Positions 52,071 to 64,000 of a stretch of DNA of 64,000 nucleotides are shown here, piece after piece. Positions within the stretch are counted from its first letter, which is position 1; every line of letters begins with the position of its first letter. The notes under the pieces are model-generated. The model did not search any database and was not told where the DNA came from. It saw only the letters and a program-made list of their open reading frames with translations. The stretch covers positions 43,261,138 through 43,325,137 of the forward strand of contig NC_081383.1 of the NCBI RefSeq assembly GCF_030684315.1. Direction: 5' to 3'. The translations under genes were made by a program, and so were the position numbers. Source of the stretch: Stegostoma tigrinum. Its lineage: Eukaryota.

Positions 52071-53607
52071 AACAATTCAAAACTGGTCACCCATGAACTG
52101 CTGGTGGCCACCTGCACAATTATATTCAAATCACACAACCTGTACTCTAATTTCTGGCATTTTTGTCACTCTACCATCAATGGATTAGATTCAAACTCTG
52201 CAGTCCTGCCACATCCAATCCTGAATGATGATGACAATTTGAATAACTAACAAGAGTCATTAATTCCACAAATATCCCAATCTTCAAAGATGGAGAAGCT
52301 CAGCACATCAGTGCGAAAGCCAAGATGCAAATATTTGCATGTACCTCCATCCATAAGTGCCCAGTGGATGATCCATCTCAATTTCCTCCCGAGTTCTGTT
52401 GCATCACAGACTTAAGTCATTTTGATTCACTGTGATATCAAAGAACATCTGGAGGGCACTGGATATTGCAAAGGCTACAGGCCCTGATAACATTTCAGCA
52501 ACAGTATTGAAGACTTATGTGCTAGAATTTGTTGCACCTTAGTCGAACTGTTCCAGTACAGCTACAGCACAGGCACCAATTAGACAATGCCGAAAATTGG
52601 CCATGACTGCCCTGTCTACAAAATGTAGGACAAATCACACCCAGCCAATTACTGGCCCCATCTACTTTCGATCATCAGCAAATTGGTAAAACTGCTATTA
52701 AACAGTACTTGCAAAGGAATAGCATGCTCACTGACACTTAGTACAGGCTCCACCAGGTCACAGCTCCAGTCCAAACATGGCCAAAAGTGGTAAGGTGAGG
52801 TGACACAACTTCCCTTGACATTGAGGCAGCATTTGACCAAATATAGTATCAAAGAGCCCAAGCAAAACTGGATTCAATGGGAATTAAGTAAAACTCCCCA
52901 GTGGTTGGAGCCAAACCTAGCACAAAGGAAAATCCTTGTGTCTATCAGTTAGGACATTTTTCAGGGTAGTGTCCTATACCCAACCATCTTCAGCAGCATT
53001 TTCACGATATTCTATCAGAAGAGGAGATGTTCACTGATAATTGCACAATATTCAGCACCATTTCAAGCACCTCAGGTACTAAAGCAGTGTTTGTCTATGC
53101 AGAGTAAAACATGGACAACATCCAGGTTTGAGCTGATAAGTGGCAAGTAACATTTCATGCCACTCAAGTGCTGATGACTATCTCAAACATGATAATTTAA
53201 TCCTTACCACATGACTTTCAGTGGCATTACCATCACTGAATCTCCCACTATCAACATTCTAGAGTTACCAGAAATTGAACTAAACTAGTCATATAAATAC
53301 TGTAGCAAAATAAGCAACTCATTCTGTTTACTAAATGCCTGTCCAATAACTATAATGCATAAGTTAGGATTGTAACTGAACACTCTCCATTTGCTGATGA
53401 GTGGAGCTCTAACATCTTTCAAGAGACCATTGGGTACTTCATCCACTTATTCCCTACACTACTGGTGCAAGTTGGCAGTAATGTGTACCAACTACAAAGA
53501 TGCAATGCAGTAAATCATGAGGCCTCCTTCAACAGCACCTTCCAAACCCATGACTTCTATCATCTAGATGAATAGTGGCACCAGAAGCATGGGAACACAA
53601 TACTTCA

Positions 53608-54140
53608 AGTGCAGCCGCACTTGGAGTATTGCGTACAGTTCTGGTCACCGCATTATAAGAAGGAATGTGGAAGCTTTGGAAAGGGTGCAGAGGAGATTTA
53701 CTAGGGTGTTGCCTGGTATGGAGGGAAGGTCTTACGAGGAAAGGCTGAGGGACTTGAGGCTTTTTTCATTAGAGAGAAGGTTGAGAGGTGACTTAATTGA
53801 GACATATAAAATAATCAGAGGGTTAGATAGGGTGGATAGGGAGAGCCTTTTTCCTAGGATGGTGACGGCGAGCATGAGGGGGCATAGCTTTAAATTGAGG
53901 GGTGAAAGATATAGGACCGATGTCAGAGGTAGTTTCTTTACTCAGAGAGTAGTAAGGGAATGGAACGCTTTGCCTGTAACGGTAGTAGATTCGCCAACTT
54001 TAAGTATATTTAAGTCATCATTGGACAACCATATGGACGTACATGGAATAGTGTAGGTTAGATGGGCTTCAGATCAGTATGACAGGTCGGCACAACATCG
54101 AGGGCCAAAGGGCCTGTACTGTGCTGTAATGTTCTATGTT
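53608..54140 (+). mobile_element. Young 5'-truncated CR1 LINE
   Basis: Largely open ORF2 C-terminus (LERVQRRFTRVLPGMEGRSYEERLRDLRLFSLE...FFTQRVVREWNALP) and a gttctatgtt tail. Confidence 0.92.
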
Positions 54141-54564
54141 CAAACTCCCCCTCCGAGTCTCTCACCATTGTAATTTGGAACTATAATGCTGTTCTTTCGC
54201 TGGGACAAAATCCTGGAACTCCCTAGAAACATGATGAACATCCCTCCACTGTGAGGAATTCAGAGTTTGAGAAGGCAGCTCATCACCACTTTTCCCCATC
54301 ATTTAGTAAAAAGCAATAAATGGTGATCTAGTTCACAAAATTTACATCTCAAAGATAAACTTTAAAAAAAACCCCTACTGAGCCAAAGGCTTCATTTCAT
54401 GCAGAATCGAGCCCATATATCAGTAACTGTATCTGATCCAGTATAAGATTTAGCTTTTCAATATTTTTTTAAGTGAAAAGTTCCATATCTAACAGAGGTC
54501 GTCACTGAAGACTGAAACCTGTCAGCACACAGTCAGCAACAATCACAACTGAGGTATCACATAA

Positions 54565-54900
54565 TTAGAATGCTAGAATCCCTCTAGCATAGAAAAAGGA
54601 TACTGGGCACATTCAGTTTGCATGAACCTCCAAAGAATATCCCACACAGACCTAGACTCCCCCACCCTATCCCATAACCCCACATTTACCACGGCTAACA
54701 GTGCACATCCCTGGACACATGAGGCAATTTAGCATGGCCAATCCACCATACATGTTCATCTTTGGGCTGTGGGAGGAAACTGAAGCACCAAAGAAGAAAT
54801 CCACACAGACACAGGGAGAACATGAAAACTCCACGCAGATAGTCATCCAGGGCTGGAATTGATCGGTGGTGCTGTGAGGCAGCAATGCTAACCACAAAGC
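54565..54900 (-). mobile_element. HE1-like V-SINE (tRNA-derived)
   Basis: Head gtggttagcattgctgcctcacagc, V-domain-like ctgcgtggagttttcatgttctccctgtgtctgtgtggatttc...ggattggccatgctaaattgcc, and a CR1-like tail. Confidence 0.85.
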
Positions 54901-55678
54901 CCAAACATCACTGAAATTGCAACCAATCTACTATAATCTCCAGAGGCAACCATTACTTGCATCGATTTCAACTCCTTTTCAAAATCATGTTCAAGTGACC
55001 ACAACAAGCTACCATTTTAATGAACAATTTGGCCAACTCAATCATCGCAAGCTAATAGTAAAGTCTGTTCAATTTGAATAGTATCCAATTGTAGGTGCCT
55101 CACTTAAGAAAATACAAAGTCAGCAAAAGAATACAGATGAAATTAATGATATAAAAGATGGAAGTGTTTAATTTTAAGAGGAGACTGAAGAAACTCTCAG
55201 TCTTTCCATTACGACAAAAAATTAAAACATTAACAGACATGTTCCAATTTAAGGTATTTCAAAGATGATAAAACATTTCACTGATCAATCAACTAACAAC
55301 CACAGGGTCTCAATTATTTACAAGACCGAAGGGAGATGTGAATATTTATTTCAACTTTCCCAAGGCTGTTGGGCACAGATTGAGACCCAAAAGGTCTCTC
55401 AAAAGATAAAGCAGATAAATATCAGGAAAAGAAAACTCTACAGGCTAGAAGGAAAGGGATTAAGTAGATATCGGACAGCCAGCACAAATATCAGGGGAAA
55501 GGGCAGGAAAGTGGAACTTGGGACAAGGCACTGTCAGCATTCTTGGCAGCCATGCAGCTGTAACCCAAAAGTAACCAAGACAAAAGGAAGCAATTGAAAC
55601 ATGAGAAAGAATTAGTTTTGCAGACATTGATGTTCATGCAAGTGATATTGAACATGCAAAAAAAAATGGATGGCATAC

Positions 55679-55806
55679 TTGTAAAAGCGTTGGGTTGTCT
55701 CTCCCAAGCTGCTGGAGAAGGGCTGGCAGTAGTGCTGGATTCTGCTGTATTATCTGACGCATCTGCTGAAACTGGGGTTGGGTTCGTAGAAATTCCAGTG
55801 GGTTAC
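55679..55806 (-). CDS. RAD23: RAD23 coding exon (exon 8 equivalent), XPC-binding/STI1 domain
   Basis: atctttttcag|GT AAC CCA ... TTA CAA|gtatgc; 128 nt, (S)[42 protein letters not shown]. Confidence 0.97.
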
Positions 55807-56002
55807 CTGAAAAAGATCATAGTTAGTCATCTTCACAAACTAAAACAACAGTCGGTACCTTAGTGGAGTGACTGCTCACCAACACGACGCTAGATTGTTA
55901 TATTTCCAAAATTAACAAAAATTAGTCATCGCGTTTTGTGCTACAGACTTCAGTGAAGTTCACCACATTACTCTATTGCCCACACTGACTGACTACACTC
56001 AC

Positions 56003-56096
56003 TGCTTGGTGTAGATTGCGACGCTGGCTGTGACGGTGGTTGTGTTGTGACTCGAGGTTGTGGTTCCTCTGGAACTTCCGGCTCTGCCGGGATTCC
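56003..56096 (-). CDS. RAD23: RAD23 coding exon (exon 7 equivalent), linker
   Basis: tcttcattcag|GGA ATC CCG ... CCA AGC A|gtgagt; 94 nt, GIPAEPEVPEEPQPRVTTQPPSQPASQSTPS(S). Confidence 0.93.
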
Positions 56097-58702
56097 CTGA
56101 ATGAAGAGCAAAACATCAATCATAACTGCACCACAGGTAAAGACAAAAACTACAAACTAACCTAATATTATGAACCAACTGATCCAAAAATCAAGAGTTT
56201 CCCAAGATTAACAGAATCAAAATTACAAAACAAAGCAACTGTTCAGAGGTCAGTAAAGATCAGTACCAAACATACTTCATTATTGAACATTGTCTATGTT
56301 GCCACTTTTTTTCCAGTCGAGTTTGTGACTCCCTGCATTAACCAGGAAGAAATAAGCACATTTTTTGCCATAGCCGTATGATTACTTGACTGGAAATGTT
56401 AGAACAGTCAGGCCAATCTTACTTGCAACTAATAAAAAAGTCATATTAGTAAGCTACTACCTCAAACTTAGTCGATAAAATTTTTTAAAATGTTTAAAAA
56501 TAACATTAAATGTTGGAAATACTCAAGTCAGGAAAAGTCTCTCAAGAGAAAGTTAATGCTGATGAACTTTCAATGAACTGAAAAGAAAAACTGATACTAA
56601 GTCAACGGAAGCCAGGAGTTAAGAAAATAGAGAATAAAGCCTGTGATAGAGCAGAGGGCAAAAGGTTTCCTCGTACAACAAGCCAGAGAGAGAGATAGTG
56701 AACAAGATTTAAAAATTTGACCAGATAAAGCATGAATGGCTATATTGCAGCGACCTGAATACAACATGAAGGGATAAGCAAAGAAATAAGACCAAGCAAG
56801 CAAACAAACAAAATGGAGGAAGAGGTTATGTTCAAAAATCATTGAACTCAATATTGAGTCCAGAAGGCTATAAAATGCCCAGTCAAAAAATGAGATGCTG
56901 TTCATCAAATATGCATTGAGCTTCACCACAGTGAGCAAAGAACAAAAAGATCAGCATGGGAGCAAAGTGCAGAATTGAAATAAAGAGCTACAGCAGTGCA
57001 GGCTCATGCTTGAGGACTGAACAGAGGCCTTAGGCAAAACAGTCACTCATCCAAGCACAGGGGACGCAAAACCTGTCCTTTTACCACTTCTCTTCCCACT
57101 CCCGAGTGGACATATATTTTTTCTTCTTTCAATCTAGCCGACTGTATTTGTTGCTCATGTTCAAGTCTCCTTGACACTGGGAAGGCCAAGCCCTACCCAC
57201 AGACCTTTCCTATTGCTCTTCCTGCCCTTGTCCCCTTCCACTGTTTTAAAACCTATACATTACTGTCTTCTCTTTCAGTTTTGATGAATAGTCACTGACC
57301 TGCATCAATAAGTGCTTCTTTCTACAAACTCCTCTGACCTGCTCAGTAATTTCATGATTTTCTGCTTTAAGATTTCCAGCATCCACATTATTTTACTTTT
57401 ATGTAAAAGGTGTTTTGCCAGTAATACTGTTTAAAACGATAATCAATCCAAGAGAGGTACAAAACAGCAAGTGTGAGACCGGAAGAACTGCCTTTAACAC
57501 TTGAGTCCAGCAATTTAATTAAGTCCTTCAGAAAGAAACCTATAAAAGGATACAGTGCTATGAACACAGTATGCTAATTCAGCGTTCCTGCACAGGCTGA
57601 GTAACTGCTCTGCAAAACAGCTCTACTCAGTCCATAAGAATGACCCCGACCTTCTAGTTATTTGCTATTTCAACAAGCCACCTTGCTCTCATGTCAACAT
57701 TTCTGCCCTGGGCATGCTACAAAGTTCCGACAAAGTGCAACATAAGCTTAAGGAAATTCAGTTAATTTCCTGTTTAAGCACTTTATCGCCATGAGGTCTC
57801 AACAATCAAACTCAATAACTTCAGAAACTGACCACATGATGTCTATTGTCCATTTTTCTTACATTGCCATCTCCCCGCCATGTTCACTTATTTTCCCCCT
57901 CAGTACAGAGAACACAATCCCTCCTTTTCACATCTCAACTTACACCAATTTACAACCCTTTTTCTCTTCCCTCCACCACTAACGATACTTTTATGTTTTG
58001 CACTATTCCCTTCATCCCTCCTTGGTCTGTCAAGAGCACGCAAAATGTTTGCCAACATCCTTCAATTCTGAACTTGAAATGTTAACTGCTTCTCTCTACA
58101 TAGATGCGGCAAGATAGGTTTCATTTCTCTTGCATTGTCAAATAGAAAATTATGCCACACTGTTCTTCTGCAACTTTAGTACTGGGAAGGTTATCGCTCC
58201 TCATTACCACCAGATCACTACTACATCAAAGACTTCAATGTTTGATAGCTTCCACAACATTTTTCAGTAGAAGAATCTTCCAGTGACCTGCATTGTTCAG
58301 AAAGACCTCATGGTATGTTAAGCAAAGGCAAAGACACTGTTTGGCACAATGCTAAGCCATGAAGTCCAGAAGATTCCAATCTCTAGCTGAGCTTAGGAAA
58401 TAGAGTACTTGTTGTTTTGTACCTCCTTTGATTAAATAAAAATGCCAAAATTGGTTATAGTTTTTAAACACTATTGATGGCAAAGCCCCTTCTTTCAAAG
58501 AAAAATAAAGGGGGATGCTGGAAATCTGAAATAAAAACAAAAATTCCATGAAGTATAGAGCAAGTCAAGAGCATTTGTAGGAAGAAGCAGTTAACATTTC
58601 AGGTCAATGACAATCTTGTCAATTTTCTCTCATGCATTGGCACTAACGAATGCCTCCCTCTACAGGCAAAAATAAACACTTCAAACTCCATCTGTGACTC
58701 AC

Positions 58703-58830
58703 CGTCAGAAGATATTCCACAGCTCTGTCAGGGTTATTATAGCTTGCCCGCAGAGCTGCAAGAACCTGCTCCCGTTCGTAGCCCATTGACATGATTTCTG
58801 CCACCAGATTTTCATAAGCTTGCCCTGTTA
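58703..58830 (-). CDS. RAD23: RAD23 coding exon (exon 6 equivalent), UBA1 domain
   Basis: tttactccag|TA ACA GGG ... CTG ACG|gtgagt; 128 nt, (V)[42 protein letters not shown], with the UBA MGY motif. Confidence 0.97.
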
Positions 58831-59264
58831 CTGGAGTAAATGTGCATAAATGAACCTATGCCAGTCCAAATGGAAACAAATTCACTGACAGATCTCAAAA
58901 TTTCAATGAACTAAAATTCAGTAGTTCTACTTTTTTTCTAAAAAATCTAAACATAATAAATTGGTTTTTGTGGTTTTGGACAAGTGACTTTTGCAGCCTT
59001 TTTATAAGAGTAATTCTGTGAGCAAACACCAGAATTGCACCCAGTTACACTAACAATGAAACATCTACATATTTTCCTTTTATGTAGTCTATGCAGATTA
59101 CACAATGGAATAGTGAAGCCAGACTGTGATGGCCCTTCAGTATGTTTATTCAGTAGAGATAAGATTTCCTTCTTGCATACATCACATGGAACTCATCCTC
59201 AGGAATTTAAGGAAAGTAAATGTAGTTGAAATGAAAGTAAATGTCCTCCTTCACAAAGGAGGAT

Positions 59265-59760
59265 ATGAATAACATTCCAAACATCTTACAGAACACGGGA
59301 TCGAGTGAGAAAGATGAAAAAATATGTAACTGCAATTCAATAGAATACCAGCACCAGGTTATTGACCAGCACCACGTTAGAATATATCAGGCACTGATAC
59401 ACTAGCTGAAGGACAAAATACAGTTTAGAAAAACCCGAGGAAACACTATGCAGGGAGGATGTTTCCACCAGCTGGGGTTTCTAGAACCAGTGGTTCACAA
59501 TCTCCTGTACGGACAGGCCGTTTAGTACCGAGATGAGGAAAAATATCTTCATTCAAAAGTCAGTGAGAACCAGTGTAATTCTCTACATCAGAAAGCTCTG
59601 GAGGCCAAGTCACTCAATGTTTTGAAGGAAGAGATAGTTTATTTTAAAGGCATGTTAAATGGGGAGAAAGCAGGAAAATGGCATTGAAATAGAGGATCAA
59701 CCATGATCATATTGAATGGCAGAGCATGCTTCAAGGGATTACACCAGCTCCTGGTTTAAC
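59265..59760 (+). mobile_element. Old CR1 3' remnant in a RAD23 intron
   Basis: gagatgaggaaaaatatcttcattcaa and gatcaaccatgatcatattgaatggcagagc 3' UTR. Confidence 0.7.
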
Positions 59761-59975
59761 TATATTAAAAAACAACTTCTGAAACAGAACAGAATACTTT
59801 CCTTAATCAACATAAGTAAAATACTGGTGTCAGCATTACTTTTTCTTTCTCATATTATTCTAGTGTCTAACGCATGCACAGAAAAGAATTTCAATTTATT
59901 CAACAGATTAACAGTAAAGCAAGACTACTCAGTGCCTAATGTTTCAGCAGTGATAAATCCTTTCTATAAGCTTAC

Positions 59976-60031
59976 CTAATGTGGATGAGGCTGTTTCCAC
60001 CAAATTCAAGTCAATTTCTTCAGCCATAGAT
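59976..60031 (-). CDS. RAD23: RAD23 coding exon (exon 5 equivalent, 56 nt)
   Basis: tattattccag|A TCT ATG GCT ... ACA TTA G|gtaagc, encoding (R)SMAEEIDLNLVETASSTL(V). It bridges phase 2 to phase 1 exactly and resembles the DATSALV/DAASTLV segment of RAD23B/A. Confidence 0.92.
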
Positions 60032-61670
60032 CTGGAATAATACATTACAATTAAAATTTTACATTAACTCATCATTCTGCCACCTGAACATAGCAAATCG
60101 GATTACTGCATGGTTCTAATATAATTAACCAAGGTTCCATAACAGAGATTCTAGTGAACAGATTGCATCTGTTCCAACTGCACTGGCCTGAATGGTTTTC
60201 AAACAAAACACAAAACTTGAAACTTAAGTGACCAAGGTCACTCAATTTAATATAATTGCAAACTGTATTGTTGGCATCAAACGATGAAGGAAAGTTCATT
60301 ATTGGTAGTTTGCTAGTTAAGAGGCTGTACAAAGCTTTTATACACATGTACTCCATGCTGGAAATGATTGATCAGTAAACAATTGTTATCAAGTATAGCA
60401 CAACATGCAAAGTTAAGACAGCAATAAAATGCAAATCTATTTGAGATAATTACATTCTTTATCAATTAAAATTCAATTTCCACAAACACTTTTGACTGAT
60501 TTTATTTGTCATTTGCACCATGCACCATTCAAGGGAGGATAAGTAGATTGTTTATTCCTCAGCTTCCACCCAATCTTGTTCTTGAATCAGACATCCAGGA
60601 AGTGCATAGAAGGTCACAAAATGCAACTCCAGTCAAGTACTTCTATCTGACATCAGAGCTGGGATTGTAGACCTATTATTGGGACTGTAGGGAGCACCAA
60701 CACACTGCTCTATCAAAAACAATTTTAAATATCCTTAAATACACTCAGGCTTATTCACTAACAACAATCTAAATGCATCTTATTCTCTCAGAAGTACAAC
60801 TGTATCATCAGTTCCATGATAAACTAGAACACAAGAACATTTGGAAAGTAACAATGTACTTAAAAATCTCCCTACAAAGGTACAACGTGTTGGAAATCAC
60901 AACGTCTTCTCCCACAGAACACTATGATATGGACGCACTTTCTCAAAACAGCACATATTGAATTCCCAAGCTCAATCATTCACTCTGTGATAAGAACAGT
61001 GAGAAAGAGAAACAGGAAAAGGGGGCAGCAGGGAAGAGGTCAGGAGGGGGTAGCAGGCAGGAGAAGAGATAGAGCACAAGAACAATGAAATGTTGGGGAC
61101 AGGGGAAAGTGAGACACACGAGGTGGGGGGGCAGATTAGAGTGGGGGGTGCAGACAAGAGGGCGTGAATAAGGGAGCGCAAGAGAGAAAGATTTAGTGTT
61201 GCCCAGGAGAATATTGGTGCACTATAACTTTCAACAAAAAAATCTCTCTGCAAACAACCTGGTAAACTGAATATTTGCGATGCAAAATGTGAATCTGAAT
61301 AATAAAACTGCTGTGTTTGTGCAGATCCTGAAATTTCAACGCAGCCACAAAGCAGTTCCAGGTACTGTAACTAAAAATCTACAGCAGCTCTAGGCCAAAA
61401 ATGATTTTCATGAGTCTGATTGGATCTTTTCAAAAATCAGATGGATCAGGGGAAAATTAAGCCATTTCTTCTTCTTTCTTCCATTTGCTTAGTTCATGCT
61501 GCTAGGAATTAAGTCTCAAAAAGTAAATTTAAAACCTTCAATCATTATTGTAAAAGGACCTCCTGAAAATTAAGTCAGATGCCCCAAAAATACTGTTGTT
61601 TTCTTTCCTAACTTCAGCACAAATCATATGCATTAATATCCAGCACTTTTCCTACCCAACTTTATTGTAC

Positions 61671-62008
61671 CTTGGGTTAAGTGCTTCAGAAACGGCACTG
61701 GTTTCTTCTTTTGTTTCTTCTTCCTTTGGCTTTTCCTCTGTAACTGTACTAGAAGAATCAGACGTCGGAACAATAGCTGGTGGTGAGGCAGGGGCAATAG
61801 ATGTGGCACCTGAGGTTGGGGTGGGGTTAGAGTTGGAAGTTTGACTTGAAGGTGAAATTGAATCTGCAATTAAGCTTGGAACTGCAGTTGAAGCTGGAGC
61901 CGTAGCTGAAGTTGTAGTTGAGGTGGACGCAGCTGAAGCGGTACTCACTGAAGCAGGCACTGGAGCAGGCTGTGTTGTTGGTTGTGCAGGCACAGGAGCT
62001 GCTTTAGG
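61671..62008 (-). CDS. RAD23: RAD23-family gene, coding exon equivalent to RAD23B exon 4 (Pro/Ser/Thr/Ala-rich linker after the UBL domain)
   Basis: Acceptor ttctttgaaaacag|CCT AAA GCA and donor CCCAAG|gtacaa; 338 nt, PKAAPVPAQPTT...EEKPKEEETKEETSAVSEALNP(R). It ends in phase 2, which matches the next exon. The UBL exons are not in the window. Confidence 0.9.
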
Positions 62009-63923
62009 CTGTTTTCAAAGAAGAAAAAGTTAAGCACTAATGTGGGGTGAGGTCAGCTGCACTGAATAATAGTAAAACAAACAAGACTGCTGAGTACCTC
62101 CGCACATCCAACCAAGTCAAAAACCTTATGCCAGTCTCAAACAATAATCACACATAGTATCAACTCAAAGAAGCCTGACAGCTCCTCTTCCTGTACTATG
62201 CAAGGACACCTTCCAGTAGATCCCACAGATGATTATGGGTTAGTCCATCCCAAACTGTAGAAGGGTCAGAGCAAAGTTGTTTGTCTCTTTTTCAGGACAA
62301 GGACTGGTTTCAATCAAATAACATTTGGTTCATAACTGCCTCACTACAACTTCCACTTTGATGCCAGAATGAACACCTTGCACACATAATGATAGTCACA
62401 TGAATAGCTCCTGTCCCAGCAGTATAATTTCAAAGAGAGCAGCCTGTCTAAATATTGAAATATTGGAGAAAGCCTCATGCTGACTCCAAAACAGCACCAA
62501 AAAGGTTTTGGAGCAATTAACCTACCTTTTCAACAATAAAAGGAAAGAGAACATAGATGGCAAGGAGGAACAAAAATCAACAGCAACTTATTGCCCTTAA
62601 AAAAAAGGAACGAGGAAACAGACACGGAATGCTATTTTTGGATTGATTACTATATTTCAGCCATAATTATGATAAGGATTAAGGTAAATTCTGTTGTTTT
62701 AATTTTTTCCTTACAAACCAATGTTGAGGCCATGGAAAAAAAATCAGCAGCTATTTTTAGAACTTACAAAACCTCTATTTGAGGCAACAAGTAACTAGTC
62801 ACATTTTTACAAATTATTGAATCTTGCCGTCTCAAAATTGAAGTTACTTACAAGAGGTACAGGCAACAAGAACAAAACGCTAAAAATTATCAACTAAAAG
62901 ACTTCTGAAAACCTAAACATGGGCAAATGGGGTAAAAAAAAATCCATGTAAAAATTTTGTTTGCACAAGTCCAGACAAAATGTACTTTAGTCAACTGGGG
63001 CTCTGAAGTACATGCTATTTTAGTTCTGGGTTTGAAGGCCTTTATTTTCAACAAAAAAAACAGATCGACATTTGGTGAGTATCACAAATTTGGAGATTCC
63101 AACTCCCAAACACAGACATGTGGTTTCTTTGAGACGTGTGTAATATTATGTGAGATCAGTGCTCATGGCACAGCTCTCAATCTGCAGTTCGCAAAAAGAA
63201 TTGACTTAAAAAAGACCCAAGACCCCCGTTGTGGGAACTGGTAACTTAGTATGACACTTACCCCAATGTAAAAGCAATTGAATTCAATTGTAACTTATTA
63301 TCAATTTAATTTGTACTAAATCCATAATGAAATGTGAATTTAGTTGATCTGAATGGCTGCTTCCAAGAAATCAAGTAATATTAACACATGATGATCAGTT
63401 GGGATGAATTTTTTTTTGGGAAGGTCAAGAGAGGTGGAATTGAAAGTCCCAATAAAATGAAGGTTCGAAGGCATTTTACAAAGCAGACACTTTTGCCAGC
63501 ACACAATAGAATAAAATCACAAAATAATGAGAGATTTTCTCCCAACTCCTCTTAACGAGCTTGCCCACTCATCTGTTGATTAACCAAATGCAATTAATTC
63601 TTCAACTACTTGCTTTATTTCTTCCCTCAGTTTCATCACTCTGAACAGTAACTTTGCAAAGTCTGAAGACCTGCTGTCAAGTGCATGCTAATACAATTCT
63701 TAGTGAGTGTCACAAAGAATGCTTGAAGGGATTCCCAGCACAATCATAACATTCTCTAACACATTTTAAGAGATGAAACACTGCTTTTACTATATTGCAG
63801 TGAAAAATGCTCAATCAGGAACAGGAAGTGACAGCTGCAGAACATTTCTCAAACATGTACCAGAGGAAATATCAGTAAAAGCTACAGTCACCATCCATTT
63901 GACATAAAAGAACAGCTGCATAG

Positions 63924-64000
63924 CATAAGACCATAAGACACAGGAGTGGAAGTAAGGCCACTCAGCCCATCGAGTCCACTCAGCCATTTAATCATGGCTG
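63924..64000 (-). mobile_element. CR1 3' end, continuing beyond the window
   Basis: Reverse complement closely matches 22840-22917. Confidence 0.85.

Larger units (their letters stand above)
51480..54360 (+). mobile_element. Decayed L2/CR1-group LINE, host of nested Penelope-repeat and CR1 insertions
   Basis: Same family as 42895-45010 (gacattgaggcagcatttgacc; cagggtagtgtcctatacccaacc; ...gcaataaatgg tail). Confidence 0.75.

Noticed and set aside
61596-61869. Antisense and alternative-frame ORFs over the RAD23 linker exon
   Set aside because: Shadows of a low-complexity coding exon with no independent support.
62011-64000. RAD23 UBL-domain exons
   Set aside because: No GKIL.DD or FVVVMV segment is visible; they are presumably upstream of the window.

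Overview
Vertebrate genomic DNA, most likely a shark: it carries HE1/V-SINE-like and SacSINE1/Deu-like SINEs and many CR1 and Penelope repeats. Most of the supplied ORF track is noise or transposon debris. Two spliced genes lie in tandem on the minus strand. (1) Seven coding exons of a RAD23 gene (62008 down to stop at 41357), equivalent to human RAD23B exons 4-10, splice cleanly by GT-AG into 1002 nt (333 aa + stop): linker, UBA1, XPC-binding/STI1 and UBA2, followed by an apparently repeat-free ~3.8 kb 3' UTR. (2) A CpG-island promoter and 27-nt first coding exon (MAALVSLTQ|gt) of an EPS15-family gene, probably EPS15L1, whose intron 1 appears to fill 1-25792. Two observations stand out. First, at least three Penelope-like families carry minimal type-I hammerhead ribozyme cores (CUGANGA-N-helix II-GAAA-4 nt palindrome-H) in their terminal repeats; these occur as solo, TSD-flanked and inverted copies, and several lie on the sense strand of the host genes. 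Second, the RAD23-EPS15L1 adjacency and mixed A/B residues suggest a third RAD23 ohnologue absent from human. A full-length decayed Tigger/pogo element and a perfect 7x46-bp tandem array are also present. TE boundaries are approximate and family names come from recalled consensus features, not database searches.
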